Made by a program: the position numbers and the translations under genes
Assembly (NCBI GenBank): GCA_963832655.1
Contig: CAWHUW010000005.1
Coordinates: 342,359-406,358 of the forward strand
From: an uncultured Thermoleophilia bacterium
GTDB lineage: Bacteria > Actinomycetota > Thermoleophilia > UBA2241
Direction of reading: 5' to 3'
Length of the DNA: 64,000 nucleotides
Shown: one piece after another, positions 1-9,823 of the stretch
Position numbering within the stretch: the stretch's first letter is position 1
Layout: each line of letters opens with the position of its first letter
The notes under the pieces: model-generated
Database searches by the model: none
The model's input: the letters and a program-made list of their open reading frames with translations, nothing else
What the model was told of the DNA's origin: nothing

Positions 1-867
1 TGGTGGCTGGCCGACGCGCGGCGACGGAGGGCGGCGACTGTGCTCTATCTGCTCTGCCCTGCGGTCATCGTGCAGACTTGGGACGCCGCCCACCTCGAGT
101 CCGTGGCCGTCTTCTTCGTCGTGCTGGCGGCGGGCCTGCTGCTGCGCCGCCGCGACGCCGCCGCCGGCGTCGCCCTGGGCGTCGCGGCGGCGTTCAAGCT
201 CACCCCGCTCGGCCTGCTGGTGCCGGCGCTGCTCGGCGGGCGGGCCAAGCCCGCCCGCTTCCTCGCCGGCTTCGTCCCGGCCTTCGCGATCCCGTACGTC
301 CCTTATCTCGCCACCGGCGGCGCGACCGGCTCGCTCTTCGACAGCGGGACCGTCTGGACCGGCCCTGCGCTGCTGTTCTCGCTCGTCGCGTCGGCCACCG
401 GGGAGCAGGCCGCCCGCGTCGTGTGCGCGGTCGCCTTCGTCGCCGGCGCCGTGTGGCTCGCCCGCCGCCTGCGGGGGCGGGCGCTCACGGCGCCGGCCTT
501 CGCCTGGACGTTGAGCCTGCTCGCGCTCTGCCTGCCTGTCGTCCACGCCTGGTACTGGCTCGCGCCGCTGGCCCTCGCCCTGGCCGCCGGCCTGTGGCTG
601 CCGGTCGTCGCCGGTCTGCTGGCCCCGCTACCCGAGGCCTTTCCGTCGGCCTGGCCGTCCGCGTTGCCGCCGTGGCGGCAGGCGCACGACCCTCCTGATC
701 GCCCGGGCGAGACCATCGGAACCGGACCGCAGTTGTCCGCCTTGGGACGGTGCCTCATACTGGTCGCGCGCGACCGTCGACCGAAGGGCAGCCGTGACCC
801 ATCCTCCAGACCTGCGTCTCCACACCGGAGCCCGCGTGCTGGTCGTGATGGCCCGGCCGTCTGGTGA
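1..867 (+). CDS. C-terminal part of a polytopic membrane glycosyltransferase-like protein (DUF2029/GT87-like); 5' end lies outside the window
   Basis: Frame 1 is open from base 1. The translation is a series of hydrophobic helices (LGVAAAFKLTPLGLLVPALL, WYWLAPLALALAAGLWLPVV) typical of GT87/DUF2029 proteins. The last ~60 codons are Pro/Arg/Ser-rich and overlap the next gene, so the true stop is uncertain. Confidence 0.45.
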   Translation, partial: WWLADARRRRAATVLYLLCPAVIVQTWDAAHLESVAVFFVVLAAGLLLRRRDAAAGVALGVAAAFKLTPLGLLVPALLGGRAKPARFLAGFVPAFAIPYVPYLATGGATGSLFDSGTVWTGPALLFSLVASATGEQAARVVCAVAFVAGAVWLARRLRGRALTAPAFAWTLSLLALCLPVVHAWYWLAPLALALAAGLWLPVVAGLLAPLPEAFPSAWPSALPPWRQAHDPPDRPGETIGTGPQLSALGRCLILVARDRRPKGSRDPSSRPASPHRSPRAGRDGPAVW

Positions 868-2726
868 GAGGCGCGGTGAAGACGCGTCTCGCCGGGAGCA
901 TCGGCGACGACGCGGCGCTCGCCCTGTACGGTCGACTGCTCGCCGGCACCCTGGGGCAGGCCGAACGACTCGAGGGCGTCACGCTGGTGATGGCCGAGGC
1001 GGACCAGGGGCCGTCCCGCGACCCCCGACGGCGGCGCGCCGCCGACCCGCTCGCCGGACGGGCGCGCCGCTGGCAGCGCCTCGCGCAGCGCGGCGAGACC
1101 CTCGGCGAGCGTCTGGCCGCCGTGTTCGCCGACGCGTTCGACGCCGGCGCCCAGGCAGTCGTCGTGGTCGACAGCGACAGCCCGACGATCCCTCTCGACT
1201 ATCTCGAGCTGGCCTTCGCGCAGATGGGCGACCGGCGTCTCGTCGTCGGTCCGGCCGCAGACGGCGGCTACTACCTGGTGGGGCTCGACCGCTCGATGTG
1301 GCGCAGACACTCGGAGGCCGTCGTCGGCCTGCTCACCTCGTCCCCCATGAGCACGGCGTCGCTGCTCGCCTACACGGAGCGCGCTTCACGGGCGCGCGGT
1401 CTCGACCTCGTCCAGCTTCCCCTCTGGGTCGACGTGGACGACCCGGACGATGTCGCGCTGTTCGAGCGTCTCGAGGGCAGCGCTCTGCTGCGCGGTGAGC
1501 CGCTGCAGAGCCTGCGCGAGATCTACCTGCACGTCACCCACCGGTGCGGACGTGCCTGCCGTCACTGCTACAACACGGACAGCCTGTGGGATCCGGACGA
1601 GCTGACCACGGACGAGTGGAGGGACGCGATCGACCAGTGCGTCGCGCTGGGCGCCTCGAGCTTCGTGTTCATCGGCGGCGACCCGCTCCTGCGCGACGAC
1701 TTCGTCCCGCTCGTCGACCATATCACCGGCACACGCGAGGCGAAGGCACGCTTCTTCTTCAACAGCTACGTGGACGAGGCGCTGGCCGGCGAGCTCGCCC
1801 GGGTGGGACGCGGCCTGCTGCGGCCGCTGGTGAGCATCGACGGGCCGCGTGACATCAACGACGAGCTGCGGGGCGAGGGCTCGTACGACGACGTCATGGC
1901 ATCGATCGCGAACCTCCTCGCCGTGGGGCTCGAGCCGGTGGCGAACACGGTGCTGGTGCGGCCGGCGCTGCCCGGCCTGGCGCAGCTCGCGCGCGAGCTG
2001 CGCCAGGCCGGGGTCAGCCGGCTCCACCTGATCCTGCCCCACCAGGCGGGCGGCGTCGCCAGGACAGACGCCGCGCGACGCGGCGGCTTCGTGAGCGCCG
2101 GTCACGGGACCCGCGACGTCCCCGGCGGCCTCGACCTCGTCCCCTCCGGCGACGAGCTCCTGGCCGCCGTCCGCGAGCTGCTGTGCGCCGCCGCCGACAT
2201 AGGCTTGACGGTGGACAACCTGCCCTCGTGGCGCCGCCGCCTCGGGGCACGAAACGACCTCTGCGCGGCCGGCTGCAAGGACCTCTCCGTGGACCCGTAC
2301 GGGAACGTCCACGCCTGCGTGATCACCGCCGGCGACCCGGCCTTCGTCGCCGGCTCCTTGCGCGCGCTGCCGCTCGAGGACATCTGGCGCGCGTCCGGCA
2401 GCCTCCGGCTGCTGCGCGCCGCGCGCGCCCGCGACCGCGCCGAGTGCCTCGTCTGCCCCGTCGTCGACGCCTGTGGCGGCGAGTGCTGGGTGCAGGCGCA
2501 CTACGCCGCCCGCGCCAACGAGCGGCCGGCCGGCTACAAGGCCCCGTTCCCCTACTGCGACCTCGTGCGACCGATGCTGGAGGAGCTTGCAGCGGAGGCA
2601 GAGCGTGCCGTGGCGACCGCACAGGCCGCCGCTCCCGCAGCCGTCGCCTGCGGCGCCGCCTGCGAGGCCGGCGGCGGCCAATCCTCGGCCGGAGAAGCCG
2701 ACTACACGTTGTTCGACTGCATATGA
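864..2726 (+). CDS. Fusion protein: DUF2064 (TIGR04282-like nucleotide-sugar transferase fold) plus a radical SAM/SPASM domain
   Basis: The N-terminal half carries DUF2064 motifs (GAVKTRL, VVVDSDSPTIP, GPAADGGYYLVGL). The centre has the radical SAM cluster motif CGRACRHC. The C-terminal part has SPASM cysteines (CAAGCKDLSVDPYGNVHAC and CLVCPVVDACGGECW). The expected first beta strand (ARVLVVMARPS) lies in another frame from GTG 794, so the true start is probably 794 with a 1-nt frameshift near 860-870. Confidence 0.75.
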   Translation: MRGAVKTRLAGSIGDDAALALYGRLLAGTLGQAERLEGVTLVMAEADQGPSRDPRRRRAADPLAGRARRWQRLAQRGETLGERLAAVFADAFDAGAQAVVVVDSDSPTIPLDYLELAFAQMGDRRLVVGPAADGGYYLVGLDRSMWRRHSEAVVGLLTSSPMSTASLLAYTERASRARGLDLVQLPLWVDVDDPDDVALFERLEGSALLRGEPLQSLREIYLHVTHRCGRACRHCYNTDSLWDPDELTTDEWRDAIDQCVALGASSFVFIGGDPLLRDDFVPLVDHITGTREAKARFFFNSYVDEALAGELARVGRGLLRPLVSIDGPRDINDELRGEGSYDDVMASIANLLAVGLEPVANTVLVRPALPGLAQLARELRQAGVSRLHLILPHQAGGVARTDAARRGGFVSAGHGTRDVPGGLDLVPSGDELLAAVRELLCAAADIGLTVDNLPSWRRRLGARNDLCAAGCKDLSVDPYGNVHACVITAGDPAFVAGSLRALPLEDIWRASGSLRLLRAARARDRAECLVCPVVDACGGECWVQAHYAARANERPAGYKAPFPYCDLVRPMLEELAAEAERAVATAQAAAPAAVACGAACEAGGGQSSAGEADYTLFDCI

Positions 2727-2779
2727 GGGTACTGACGGCGCGGGCGTGACCCGCGCGACGCTGGGGCTCACGCGGCCGC

Positions 2780-2816
2780 GTAAGGGGCCGGGCGCCTGCG
2801 GCGCCCGGCCCCTTAC
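2780..2816 (+). terminator. GC-rich hairpin downstream of the radical SAM fusion gene (candidate intrinsic terminator without a T-tract)
   Basis: Perfect 17-bp inverted repeat GTAAGGGGCCGGGCGCC-tgc-GGCGCCCGGCCCCTTAC, about 55 nt after the stop at 2726. Confidence 0.45.
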
Positions 2817-2902
2817 GCCTGATCTGTCAACGCGTCGCCCTCGACACGGCAGCGCAATGGCCCTACTCTCGTCCCATCACGCACATCGTACTGGGGGGAA
2901 CG

Positions 2903-3901
2903 ATGCATCCGCTGAGCTTCGCCAGAGTGTCAAGGCTCGCCCGTCTCTCGCTCGTCTGCCTCGCCCTGACGCTCGTCGCCGCGCAACCGGCAGTCGCGTC
3001 CTCGTGGAGCGGCACGGTGACCGACGAGTCAGGCACCGCACTGCCCGGCGTCGAGGTGACGCTGACGTACCTGATGGAGCCGGATTGGATGGAGTGGGTG
3101 ACCGTCGATGAGGATCTGACGGACCTGAGCGGCGCGTACTACGTCACCCACAGCGGCTTCCGCTCGTTCAACGAATACGAACTCACGTTCCACGACCCGA
3201 CGGGCGCCCACCACGACTACGTGGCCGCCGTCGGGGACCCGACCGACTGGGGCAGCTTCACGCTCGATGTCATCATGAAGTCGACGGACGCGTGGCCCGA
3301 CACGACCCCGCCGGTGACGACCGACAACGCCCCTAAGGGGTGGGTCACCACGCCCGAGCACCTGAACATGGCGGTCAAGGTCACTCTGACCGCCACCGAC
3401 GACCTCAGCGGCGTCGCCGGAACGTGGTACCGAGTCAACGGTGGCGACTGGCTTCAGGGAACGACGCTCAACTTCGCGATCCTCGCGGATCACTCCGCCG
3501 ACGGCATCTGGTCCATCGAGTACTACTCCGTGGACGTGGCCGGCAACTTCGAGCCGCTGAAGGGATGCTACGTACGCATCGACACGACCGAGCCGGCGGC
3601 GTCGCTGCCAGCAGTGCAGTACTCGACAGGCACGGTGCAGCTCTCCGTCCTCGACGACCTGAGCCCGACGTGCACCGTGCGGATCGAGATGCTGCGCAGC
3701 GGCATGAAGCTGAGGAAGCACGCCCGCGACGAGGTGGTGGCGACGTTTGTCGTGCAGGTCCCGGCGGACGGGAGCCTGCAGACGGCCGACCTGCCGAGCG
3801 ACGTCGACTCGCGCTGGTACTCCCTGCGCGCCACGGCGACCGACCTTGCGGGGAACGTGCAGGCGACCGCCGCGACGGGGGTCGTGCACTTCAAGCGGTA
3901 G
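2903..3901 (+). CDS. Secreted hypothetical protein with signal peptide and Ig-like/beta-sandwich repeats
   Basis: ATG is preceded by GGGGGGAA. The N-terminus has a signal peptide (LSLVCLALTLVAAQPAVASS). A carboxypeptidase-regulatory-like segment (GTVTDESGTALPGVEVTL) and a YSVDVAGNFEP-type repeat follow. Confidence 0.6.
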   Translation: MHPLSFARVSRLARLSLVCLALTLVAAQPAVASSWSGTVTDESGTALPGVEVTLTYLMEPDWMEWVTVDEDLTDLSGAYYVTHSGFRSFNEYELTFHDPTGAHHDYVAAVGDPTDWGSFTLDVIMKSTDAWPDTTPPVTTDNAPKGWVTTPEHLNMAVKVTLTATDDLSGVAGTWYRVNGGDWLQGTTLNFAILADHSADGIWSIEYYSVDVAGNFEPLKGCYVRIDTTEPAASLPAVQYSTGTVQLSVLDDLSPTCTVRIEMLRSGMKLRKHARDEVVATFVVQVPADGSLQTADLPSDVDSRWYSLRATATDLAGNVQATAATGVVHFKR

Positions 3902-3961
3902 TGGCCGGACAAGGCCCTTGGTCAGCCCAGCCGCAGCGCCGCCCGCTCACCCGGGGGGCGA

Positions 3962-5071
3962 TCAGCCCACCCGCAGCACCGCCGACCCGCGCACCCTGTC
4001 TTCCTTGAGGTCGAGCAGGGCCTCGTTGGCCTGTTCCAGGTCGTACTCCTGAATGCGGCTGCGCACCGGCACCAGCGCCGCGTCGCGCAGCAGCTCACGG
4101 GCATCCTGACGCGTGGAGTTGGCGACGCTGCGGATCACGCGCTCGTGGTAGATCCACGGGTACTCGATGGGCGGGATGGGCGAGGAGTAGATCCCGCCCA
4201 ACGCGACGATGCCTCCCTTGTCGAGGTGGCGCAGCGCATCGACGGCGAGCTCGCCGGCGGGGGCGAAGACGATCGCCGCGTCGAGGAGGACGCCGGGATC
4301 CTCCGACGTCTCCCCGGCCCACGCCGCGCCGAGCTCGAGCGCCAGGCTGCGATGCTCCTCGCCACGCGTGAACGCGTAGACCTCCCAGCCGCGCCAGCGC
4401 GCGACCTGGGTGCAAAGGTGCGCCGCCGAGCCGAAGCCATAGAGGCCGAGGCGGCGCGGCGTCCGGGCCGGCTCTCGCCGGTCGCCCGCGCCGCCGTGGC
4501 CGTCCGGCAGCCCGGCGTCTTCGCCGACGATCCCGACGAGACGCAGGCAGCGGTAGCCGATGATCCCGGCGCAGAGCAGAGGCGCGGCGGCGAGGTCGCC
4601 CATGCCCGGAGGCAGCCGGTAGACGAAGTCCGCCGGCGCGACCATGTACTCGGCGAAGCCGCCGTCGACGTCCCAGCCGGTGAACAGCGCGTTCTCGCAG
4701 AGGTTCTCCTGACTGCGGCGGCAGAAGCGGCAGACGCCGCAGGTGCGGTGGAGCCACGGCACGCCGACGCGCTCGCCCAGGAGGGCGAGCGGTGCCCGGC
4801 CACCGCGCCGAGCGATCGCCGCCGGAGCGGCGACGCGGGGGCCGCCTTCGCCGAAGGCGACGACCTCGCCCACGACCTGATGTCCGGGGACGACGGGCGA
4901 GCGGTGCGGCGGCAGCTCGCCCTCGAGGATGTGCAGGTCGGTGCGGCAGACGCCACAGGCGCGCACGCGCAGCAGGACCTCGCCTGGGGCCAGGCACGGG
5001 ACCGGCAGCTCGACCAGCCGGAGCGGCCGCTCCGCGCGCGGCGCTCGGCGCCGCGAGCTGCATGGCCTCAT
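3962..5071 (-). CDS. Zinc-dependent alcohol dehydrogenase family oxidoreductase
   Basis: Motifs GEVLLRVRACGVCRTDLH, VVPGHQVVGEV and CGVCRFCRRSQENLCE (structural Zn). The start is uncertain: an MQLAAPS N-terminus in a neighbouring frame (about 5060) looks more like the family consensus, so an N-terminal frameshift is possible. Confidence 0.8.
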   Translation of the reverse strand: MRPCSSRRRAPRAERPLRLVELPVPCLAPGEVLLRVRACGVCRTDLHILEGELPPHRSPVVPGHQVVGEVVAFGEGGPRVAAPAAIARRGGRAPLALLGERVGVPWLHRTCGVCRFCRRSQENLCENALFTGWDVDGGFAEYMVAPADFVYRLPPGMGDLAAAPLLCAGIIGYRCLRLVGIVGEDAGLPDGHGGAGDRREPARTPRRLGLYGFGSAAHLCTQVARWRGWEVYAFTRGEEHRSLALELGAAWAGETSEDPGVLLDAAIVFAPAGELAVDALRHLDKGGIVALGGIYSSPIPPIEYPWIYHERVIRSVANSTRQDARELLRDAALVPVRSRIQEYDLEQANEALLDLKEDRVRGSAVLRVG

Positions 5072-5163
5072 CGTGGAGGATCGCCCGGCGGCGAGCAGAG
5101 CCCAGTGCTCCGCGCATCGAGGATCGTCACCCTCGCACCCGGCCCACCCGACTGTCCGCAGGC

Positions 5164-6086
5164 CTACGACAGCACATCCTTGCGGCGGAAGAGGAGCCAG
5201 GCCGCAGCGGTCAGCCCGGCGCTCCACAGGAGAACACCAGCACCGCCTTGCCGATCGGCCGCCACGCGATCGGATCGCGGAACAGGTTGACGTAGTCGTT
5301 GAAGTAGGTCGGGAAGACGTAGGGGGCGAGCCAGTCGAAGTAGCTGAAGGACACGAGAAGCTGGATGACGATGTAGAGAACGACCGTCGCGATCAGCGCC
5401 GTGAGGCTCGAGTCGGTGAGGGCCGAGAACAGCAGCGCGAGCGAGATCATGCAGGTCATGGCGGCGAGCGCGAAGACCGCCGTCAGGAAGATGAGGCCGA
5501 CGCCCTCGGGGATGCTGACGGTGCTGCCGGAGAGAGTGACCATGGGCTCGAGCCCGAAGAAGGCGGCGCCGAAGATGAGACCCCCGGCGGCGACGATGAG
5601 CAGCCCGACGAAGAGGTAGCTGACCGCCGTAACCCACTTCGCGAGCAGCATCGCGCCGCGGTCGACGGGGCGCAGCAGGACGATGCGCAGGGTCCCCAAC
5701 TCGGCCTCGCCGGCCAGCATGTAGCTCGCCACCATGATCGCGGCCAGCGGCAGGAAGAACGGCAGGAGGGCGGCGAGCGAGGCGAGCGGCACGTACATGC
5801 CGTTGTCGAGGACGCGAGAGAGGAACTCCGGCCCCTCGCCCGGTCCGGGCGGCGAGTCGGCGAGCTCGAGCGCGATGGTGATCATGAAGGGGATCGCCAG
5901 CAGGCCGGCCCAGATGACGTAGGTGCGCCGCGTGAACAGGAGCTTCGTCCACTCGCGGCGCAGCGGACCCCAGGCGCGGCCGGCCATCGGCGCTCGGGTG
6001 CTGCCGTGACGGCGATCGTCCGACCCGACCACCGGCTCCTTCGCCTGCGGGGCCGCCGGGTTGAGAGAGACGCCGGCGGGGCTCAC
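5164..6086 (-). pseudogene. ABC-2 type transporter permease, frameshifted near its C-terminus
   Basis: Six-helix ABC-2 permease-like translation. GTG 6086 overlaps the ATPase stop (GTGA); ATG 5987 is an alternative start. The frame changes near 5235: the reading frame ends ...AVLVFSCGAPG*, while the typical tail LLWSAGLTAAAWLLFRRKDVLS* continues in the +1 frame to TAG 5164. Confidence 0.7.
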
Positions 6087-7117
6087 GACCGCCTCCCGCC
6101 GGGCAGGCGCCGGGCCAGCCGGGCGAGACCGCGTGCCTTCGCCGGCGGCCTCTCCTGTGACTCGTCCGGCGCGGTGAGCTCGAGGAAGAAGTCCTCGAGC
6201 CCCTGATCGGTCGCCGGCACGACGGCGCGCACGTCGAGGTCGTCTGCGACGAGGCGCCGCACCAGCTCCGGCACGTCGTCTCCGGCCTTGACGATGAGAT
6301 AGCCGTCGTCTTCGGAGACGGCGCTGGGGCCGAAGGCCGAACGCGCCGTCTCGGCCGCCCGGCCCTGGTCGTCGGTCAGCACCTTGACGGCGAGCCCCTT
6401 CGGGCGCAGGTCGGCGACGGGGCCCTGCACGGTCACCCGGCCCCTGTCGAGGATGATCGCCCGGTTGCACACCTGCTCGACCTCGTGGAGGAGGTGCGAG
6501 CTCAGGAAGACGGTCGTGCCGCCGCGGCCCAGCTCCCTGATGAGCTCGCGCACGTCCTTCATGCCGCGTGGGTCCAGGCCGCTGGTGGGCTCGTCGAGGA
6601 CGATGAGCTCGGGGGCATGAAGCAGCGCCTGGGCGATGCCGAGGCGCTGCTTCATGCCGTGCGAGAACCCGCCGACGCGAGACCCGGCCCTGTCGGAAAG
6701 GCCGACGATCTCGAGTACCTCGTCGATGCGCTCCTCGCTGACCGGCCCCGTCATGCTGCCGAGCAGGCGCAGGTTCCGGCGCGCCGACATGAGGGGGTAG
6801 AAGGTGGGGTCGTCGACGAAGCCGCCGACGTGGCGCAGCGCGGCCTTGCGCTCACCCGGCACGCGGTGACCGGCGACCTCGGCGTGACCCTCCGTCGGGT
6901 GAATCAAACCGAGGACGAGACGGATGACGGTGGTCTTGCCGGCGCCGTTCGGGCCGAGAAAGCCGAAGACGTCGCCGCGGCAGACCTCCATGTCGAGGCC
7001 GTCGACGGCGCGCAGCGCGCCGAACTCCTTGGTGAGGCCGTGCGTCGTCAGGATAGGCGGGCGGCCCTCACAGGCCGGCGCCGCCGCGGTCGCGCCCCTG
7101 GACTCGCCCTCCGTCAC
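6083..7117 (-). CDS. ABC transporter ATP-binding protein
   Basis: Walker A GPNGAGKTT, signature FSHGMKQRLGIA and Walker B LIVLDEPTSGLD. GTG start lies 1 nt after the upstream stop. Confidence 0.9.
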   Translation of the reverse strand: MTEGESRGATAAAPACEGRPPILTTHGLTKEFGALRAVDGLDMEVCRGDVFGFLGPNGAGKTTVIRLVLGLIHPTEGHAEVAGHRVPGERKAALRHVGGFVDDPTFYPLMSARRNLRLLGSMTGPVSEERIDEVLEIVGLSDRAGSRVGGFSHGMKQRLGIAQALLHAPELIVLDEPTSGLDPRGMKDVRELIRELGRGGTTVFLSSHLLHEVEQVCNRAIILDRGRVTVQGPVADLRPKGLAVKVLTDDQGRAAETARSAFGPSAVSEDDGYLIVKAGDDVPELVRRLVADDLDVRAVVPATDQGLEDFFLELTAPDESQERPPAKARGLARLARRLPGGRRS

Positions 7118-7118
7118 G

Positions 7119-8492
7119 TCAGCGTACGGACGTCACGAATGCGACGATGTCGGCGCGCGGCACCATTCCGCCGGCGATGAGGGTCACGCCGTCCCGTTCC
7201 CACATGACGACCGAGCCCAGCGGCGTCACGACAGCCTTGGCCTGCGTGCCGCCCAGGTCGATGCTGTCGACGACCTCGGGAAGCTGCTTCATCTGCTCGC
7301 GGATCTCCGCTGTGGTCTTCGTCTGGGCGAGCACGATCGAGCCGAAACCCTCGCCGTAGAGCAGAACGGCGGCCGGGCCGGTCGCCGGCGGCGAGCCGCC
7401 TGTTGCGTCGCCACCCGTCCCGGCGTCCTGCCACTCGCACCGTCGAACCAGCCCGTCATGCCGACCATGTCGAACACGGGCGATCCGAGAGCGTTCACGG
7501 GCATGCCTTCGTCGAAGACGTACGCCCAGCGGAAGTCGCGTGCCGTGTAGTCGCGCGCCCAGGCGAGCGGGAAGTCGACCAGCCCGGCGGCCTCGGAACG
7601 CGTGAGCAGCGCCGTGCGCGCGAGCTTCTTCATCTGCTCCATCGCGTCGGCTGGCTTCGCCTCGTCGCCGGCCCCCGCCTGCGCGTCGCCTTCGGGATCG
7701 ATCGTCTCGCGCTCGACCTTGGCGCCCTCGGGGGGCGTGAACGCGAAGACCGCGTCGTCTACCGGTTCGTACGAGACGCGCGTGAAGCCGAACGACAACG
7801 TCGGCGTGTCGCTCCCCTTCGCGACGACCTCGAGGCGCAGCGGAACGAACGTACGGCCGTCGATCGCCGCCTCGATCTTGCCCAGCGCCGTGTCGGTCGC
7901 GGCGGGTGTCATCGTCAGGACGTACGCGTCGCGTCCGGCGACGAACGTCTGGTCGCCGACCTCCACCGTCATGAAACGCGCCGCTGCCTCAACGAAGCCG
8001 CTCACGCGCGCGGGTGTCAGCGTCTCCGGCGAAGCGCCCGCCTGCGGCTCGTCGCCGGGACCCGCCGCTTCACCGGCAGCCCACTTGTACAGGTGGGCGG
8101 TGTCGTCGACGAAGGTATACGTCCACAGCGTGCCGGCCTTCGGCGTCCGCGACGAGGACCTGGTCGCCGCCCTGGCCCTGCGACTCGAGACGGACCTTGC
8201 CTTCCTGCGCCCACATCCGGCCGGAGCCGCCGGCCATGAGCGGCGATGCCGCCGGCTGGGCCACATGGTCGGGCATGAAGGGCAGCGCGCCGAAGAGCTC
8301 GTTGGTCCAGGAGATGTCGCCGCTGATGGCCTGGGGCGCCTGCGCGTGATCGCTCATGCGTGCGATCAGCTCGGACGCCGACAGATCGGGCAACGTGGTC
8401 GTGTCGTCGGCGCCGGCGGCCGCGACGAGGACGCCGGCGACGGCAGCCGCTACGACGGCGATGGCGATCCAGAGGACGAGTCTGCTGCGCAT
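7119..8492 (-). pseudogene. LolA-like / DUF4367-type secreted protein, two frameshifts
   Basis: ATG 8492 has an AGGAGG RBS and an N-terminal anchor (LVLWIAIAVVAAAVAGVLV). The coherent translation is split over three frames (ORFs 8070-8492, 7289-8266, 7119-7334), with shifts near 8137 and about 7340-7440. Confidence 0.6.
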
Positions 8493-8554
8493 GGGGTGCC
8501 TCCTGAAGCTGTCGTTCTCCCTAGCTTATGCCTCAGGCTCGTGGATACCGAACC

Positions 8555-9823
8555 TCACGGCAGGGTCTGAACGTATGCGGTCCAGCCCTTCACGAACTCG
8601 TCCCAAGTCACCCCGAGCGTCTCCCTCGTGGCGGCGTCGAGTGCTGCCGGCGTGAGGTCAGAGTCGGCGACCGCGATCACCCAGGCCCTGAGCTCTTCCA
8701 GCTCCCACTCGTCGAGGATGTAGAGGACGACCGAGCCGGCCTCGAGGTAGGCGAGCTGGACCTCCTCGTCCGAGTTCCCGATCCACAGGCTGCCGACCGC
8801 GATCGCGGTCTCCAGCGGCACACGCTTGTTGCCGGCGGCCAGCTCCTGGCGCAGGGGCTCGTACGAGCGTCCTCCCTGGACCGCGACGGCGAGTCCCTCG
8901 GCGAGGAACATCGGGTCGTTCTCCGTTTCGGCGAACCAGTGGACGGTGAACGCGTGCGTGAGCTCGTGGGCGAGGAGCCCCGAAAGCCAGGCGTCGTCTC
9001 CCTCGAGGGCGGGGGCGAGGATGTTGACGTCGCGCGGCCACCACAGCGCAGCGGAGTACCGCTGGGCGGGCGCCGAGAAGAACTGAAAACGGCGATCGCG
9101 CGGACCGCCCGCGAGGGCGTCCGTCAGCTGCTTGCGCGAGGCATAGAGGTACAGCAGCACCGGGCGGTCCGGATCGATCCCCAGCAGGGCGAGCCTGTCG
9201 CGCGCCGCGTCCTCCGCGGCGACCAGGTCCTCCGCGACCGACCGCTCCGTCGCCTCGGTGAGCACGACGGCGGCGCGACCCTGCACCGCCTGCGGCTCTC
9301 TATACGCCATGAAGTACCGGCGGCGGAGGGCGGCCGGCGTCAGGTCGCCGGCGACGATGACGCGCTTCCCCAACACCTCGAGCTGCAGGACACGGTCGGC
9401 GACGAGCCGGTCGGCGGGGCCGACTCCGGCGAGCTCGCCGACGAGGCGCACGCGGTAACGTCCCGGCTGGGAAGGCACGGCTTCGACGACGGGGGCGAGC
9501 GAGGTCCACGGAAGGTGCCCGAGCGTCCGGAAGAGGTCTGAAGAAGCCTGGCGGGCGTCGTCGCCCGACGCGGGCAGCGCCGCCCGCCAGGCGTCTTCGT
9601 CACCCGACGCGAGCGCCGCCACAGCCTTCTCGAGGGCGGCCCCCGCCTCGGTCTCCGTCGCCGGGCGCGTGAGGGCGGTCGCGGCGGACGAGGTCGCCTC
9701 GTCCTGGAAGGCGAGCGGGAGCGAGACCGCCAGGACAACAAGCACGCCAAGGCCGGCGAGCAGGGTAACGGCCGCGACGAGCGCCGCGTGCGCGGCGCCG
9801 CCGGCCTGCCATCGAGCGCGCAT
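8555..9823 (-). CDS. Membrane-anchored hypothetical protein with an HExxH metallopeptidase-like motif
   Basis: N-terminal TM helix (LVAAVTLLAGLGVLVVLAV). Motif LLAHELTHAF followed by FLAEGLAV (possible third ligand). No closer family recognised. Confidence 0.55.
   Translation of the reverse strand: MRARWQAGGAAHAALVAAVTLLAGLGVLVVLAVSLPLAFQDEATSSAATALTRPATETEAGAALEKAVAALASGDEDAWRAALPASGDDARQASSDLFRTLGHLPWTSLAPVVEAVPSQPGRYRVRLVGELAGVGPADRLVADRVLQLEVLGKRVIVAGDLTPAALRRRYFMAYREPQAVQGRAAVVLTEATERSVAEDLVAAEDAARDRLALLGIDPDRPVLLYLYASRKQLTDALAGGPRDRRFQFFSAPAQRYSAALWWPRDVNILAPALEGDDAWLSGLLAHELTHAFTVHWFAETENDPMFLAEGLAVAVQGGRSYEPLRQELAAGNKRVPLETAIAVGSLWIGNSDEEVQLAYLEAGSVVLYILDEWELEELRAWVIAVADSDLTPAALDAATRETLGVTWDEFVKGWTAYVQTLP

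Noticed and set aside
864-2726. Radical SAM/SPASM enzyme as the mycofactocin maturase MftC, given the mycofactocin-type SDR at 10773-11610.
   Set aside because: No MftA-like peptide (C-terminal GVY) or MftB, D, E or F genes are adjacent. The enzyme is fused to DUF2064, which is not an Mft feature. The SDR is 8 kb away in an unrelated operon.
2724-2735. TGA stop of the radical SAM fusion as a possible selenocysteine codon, since DUF2064/TIGR04282 proteins are associated with radical SAM selenoproteins. A small hairpin, GCGCGGG-cgtga-CCCGCGC, follows.
   Set aside because: Read-through would add only Gly-Tyr before the next TGA. The enzyme is a SPASM type, not the Cys/Sec-rich ArsS type. The hairpin is short and does not resemble a bacterial SECIS element in size or position.
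303-5117. Many long ORFs overlapping or antisense to the called genes, for example 303-1310 (-), 1386-2771 (-), 4095-5117 (-), 24010-24807 (+), 27815-29077 (-) and the 934-aa ORF 31798-34602 (+).
   Set aside because: Their translations are Arg/Pro/Gly/Ala-rich low-complexity strings without recognisable motifs. Stop-codon scarcity in very GC-rich DNA generates such ORFs on every strand. In each case the alternative frame or strand carries a conserved protein.
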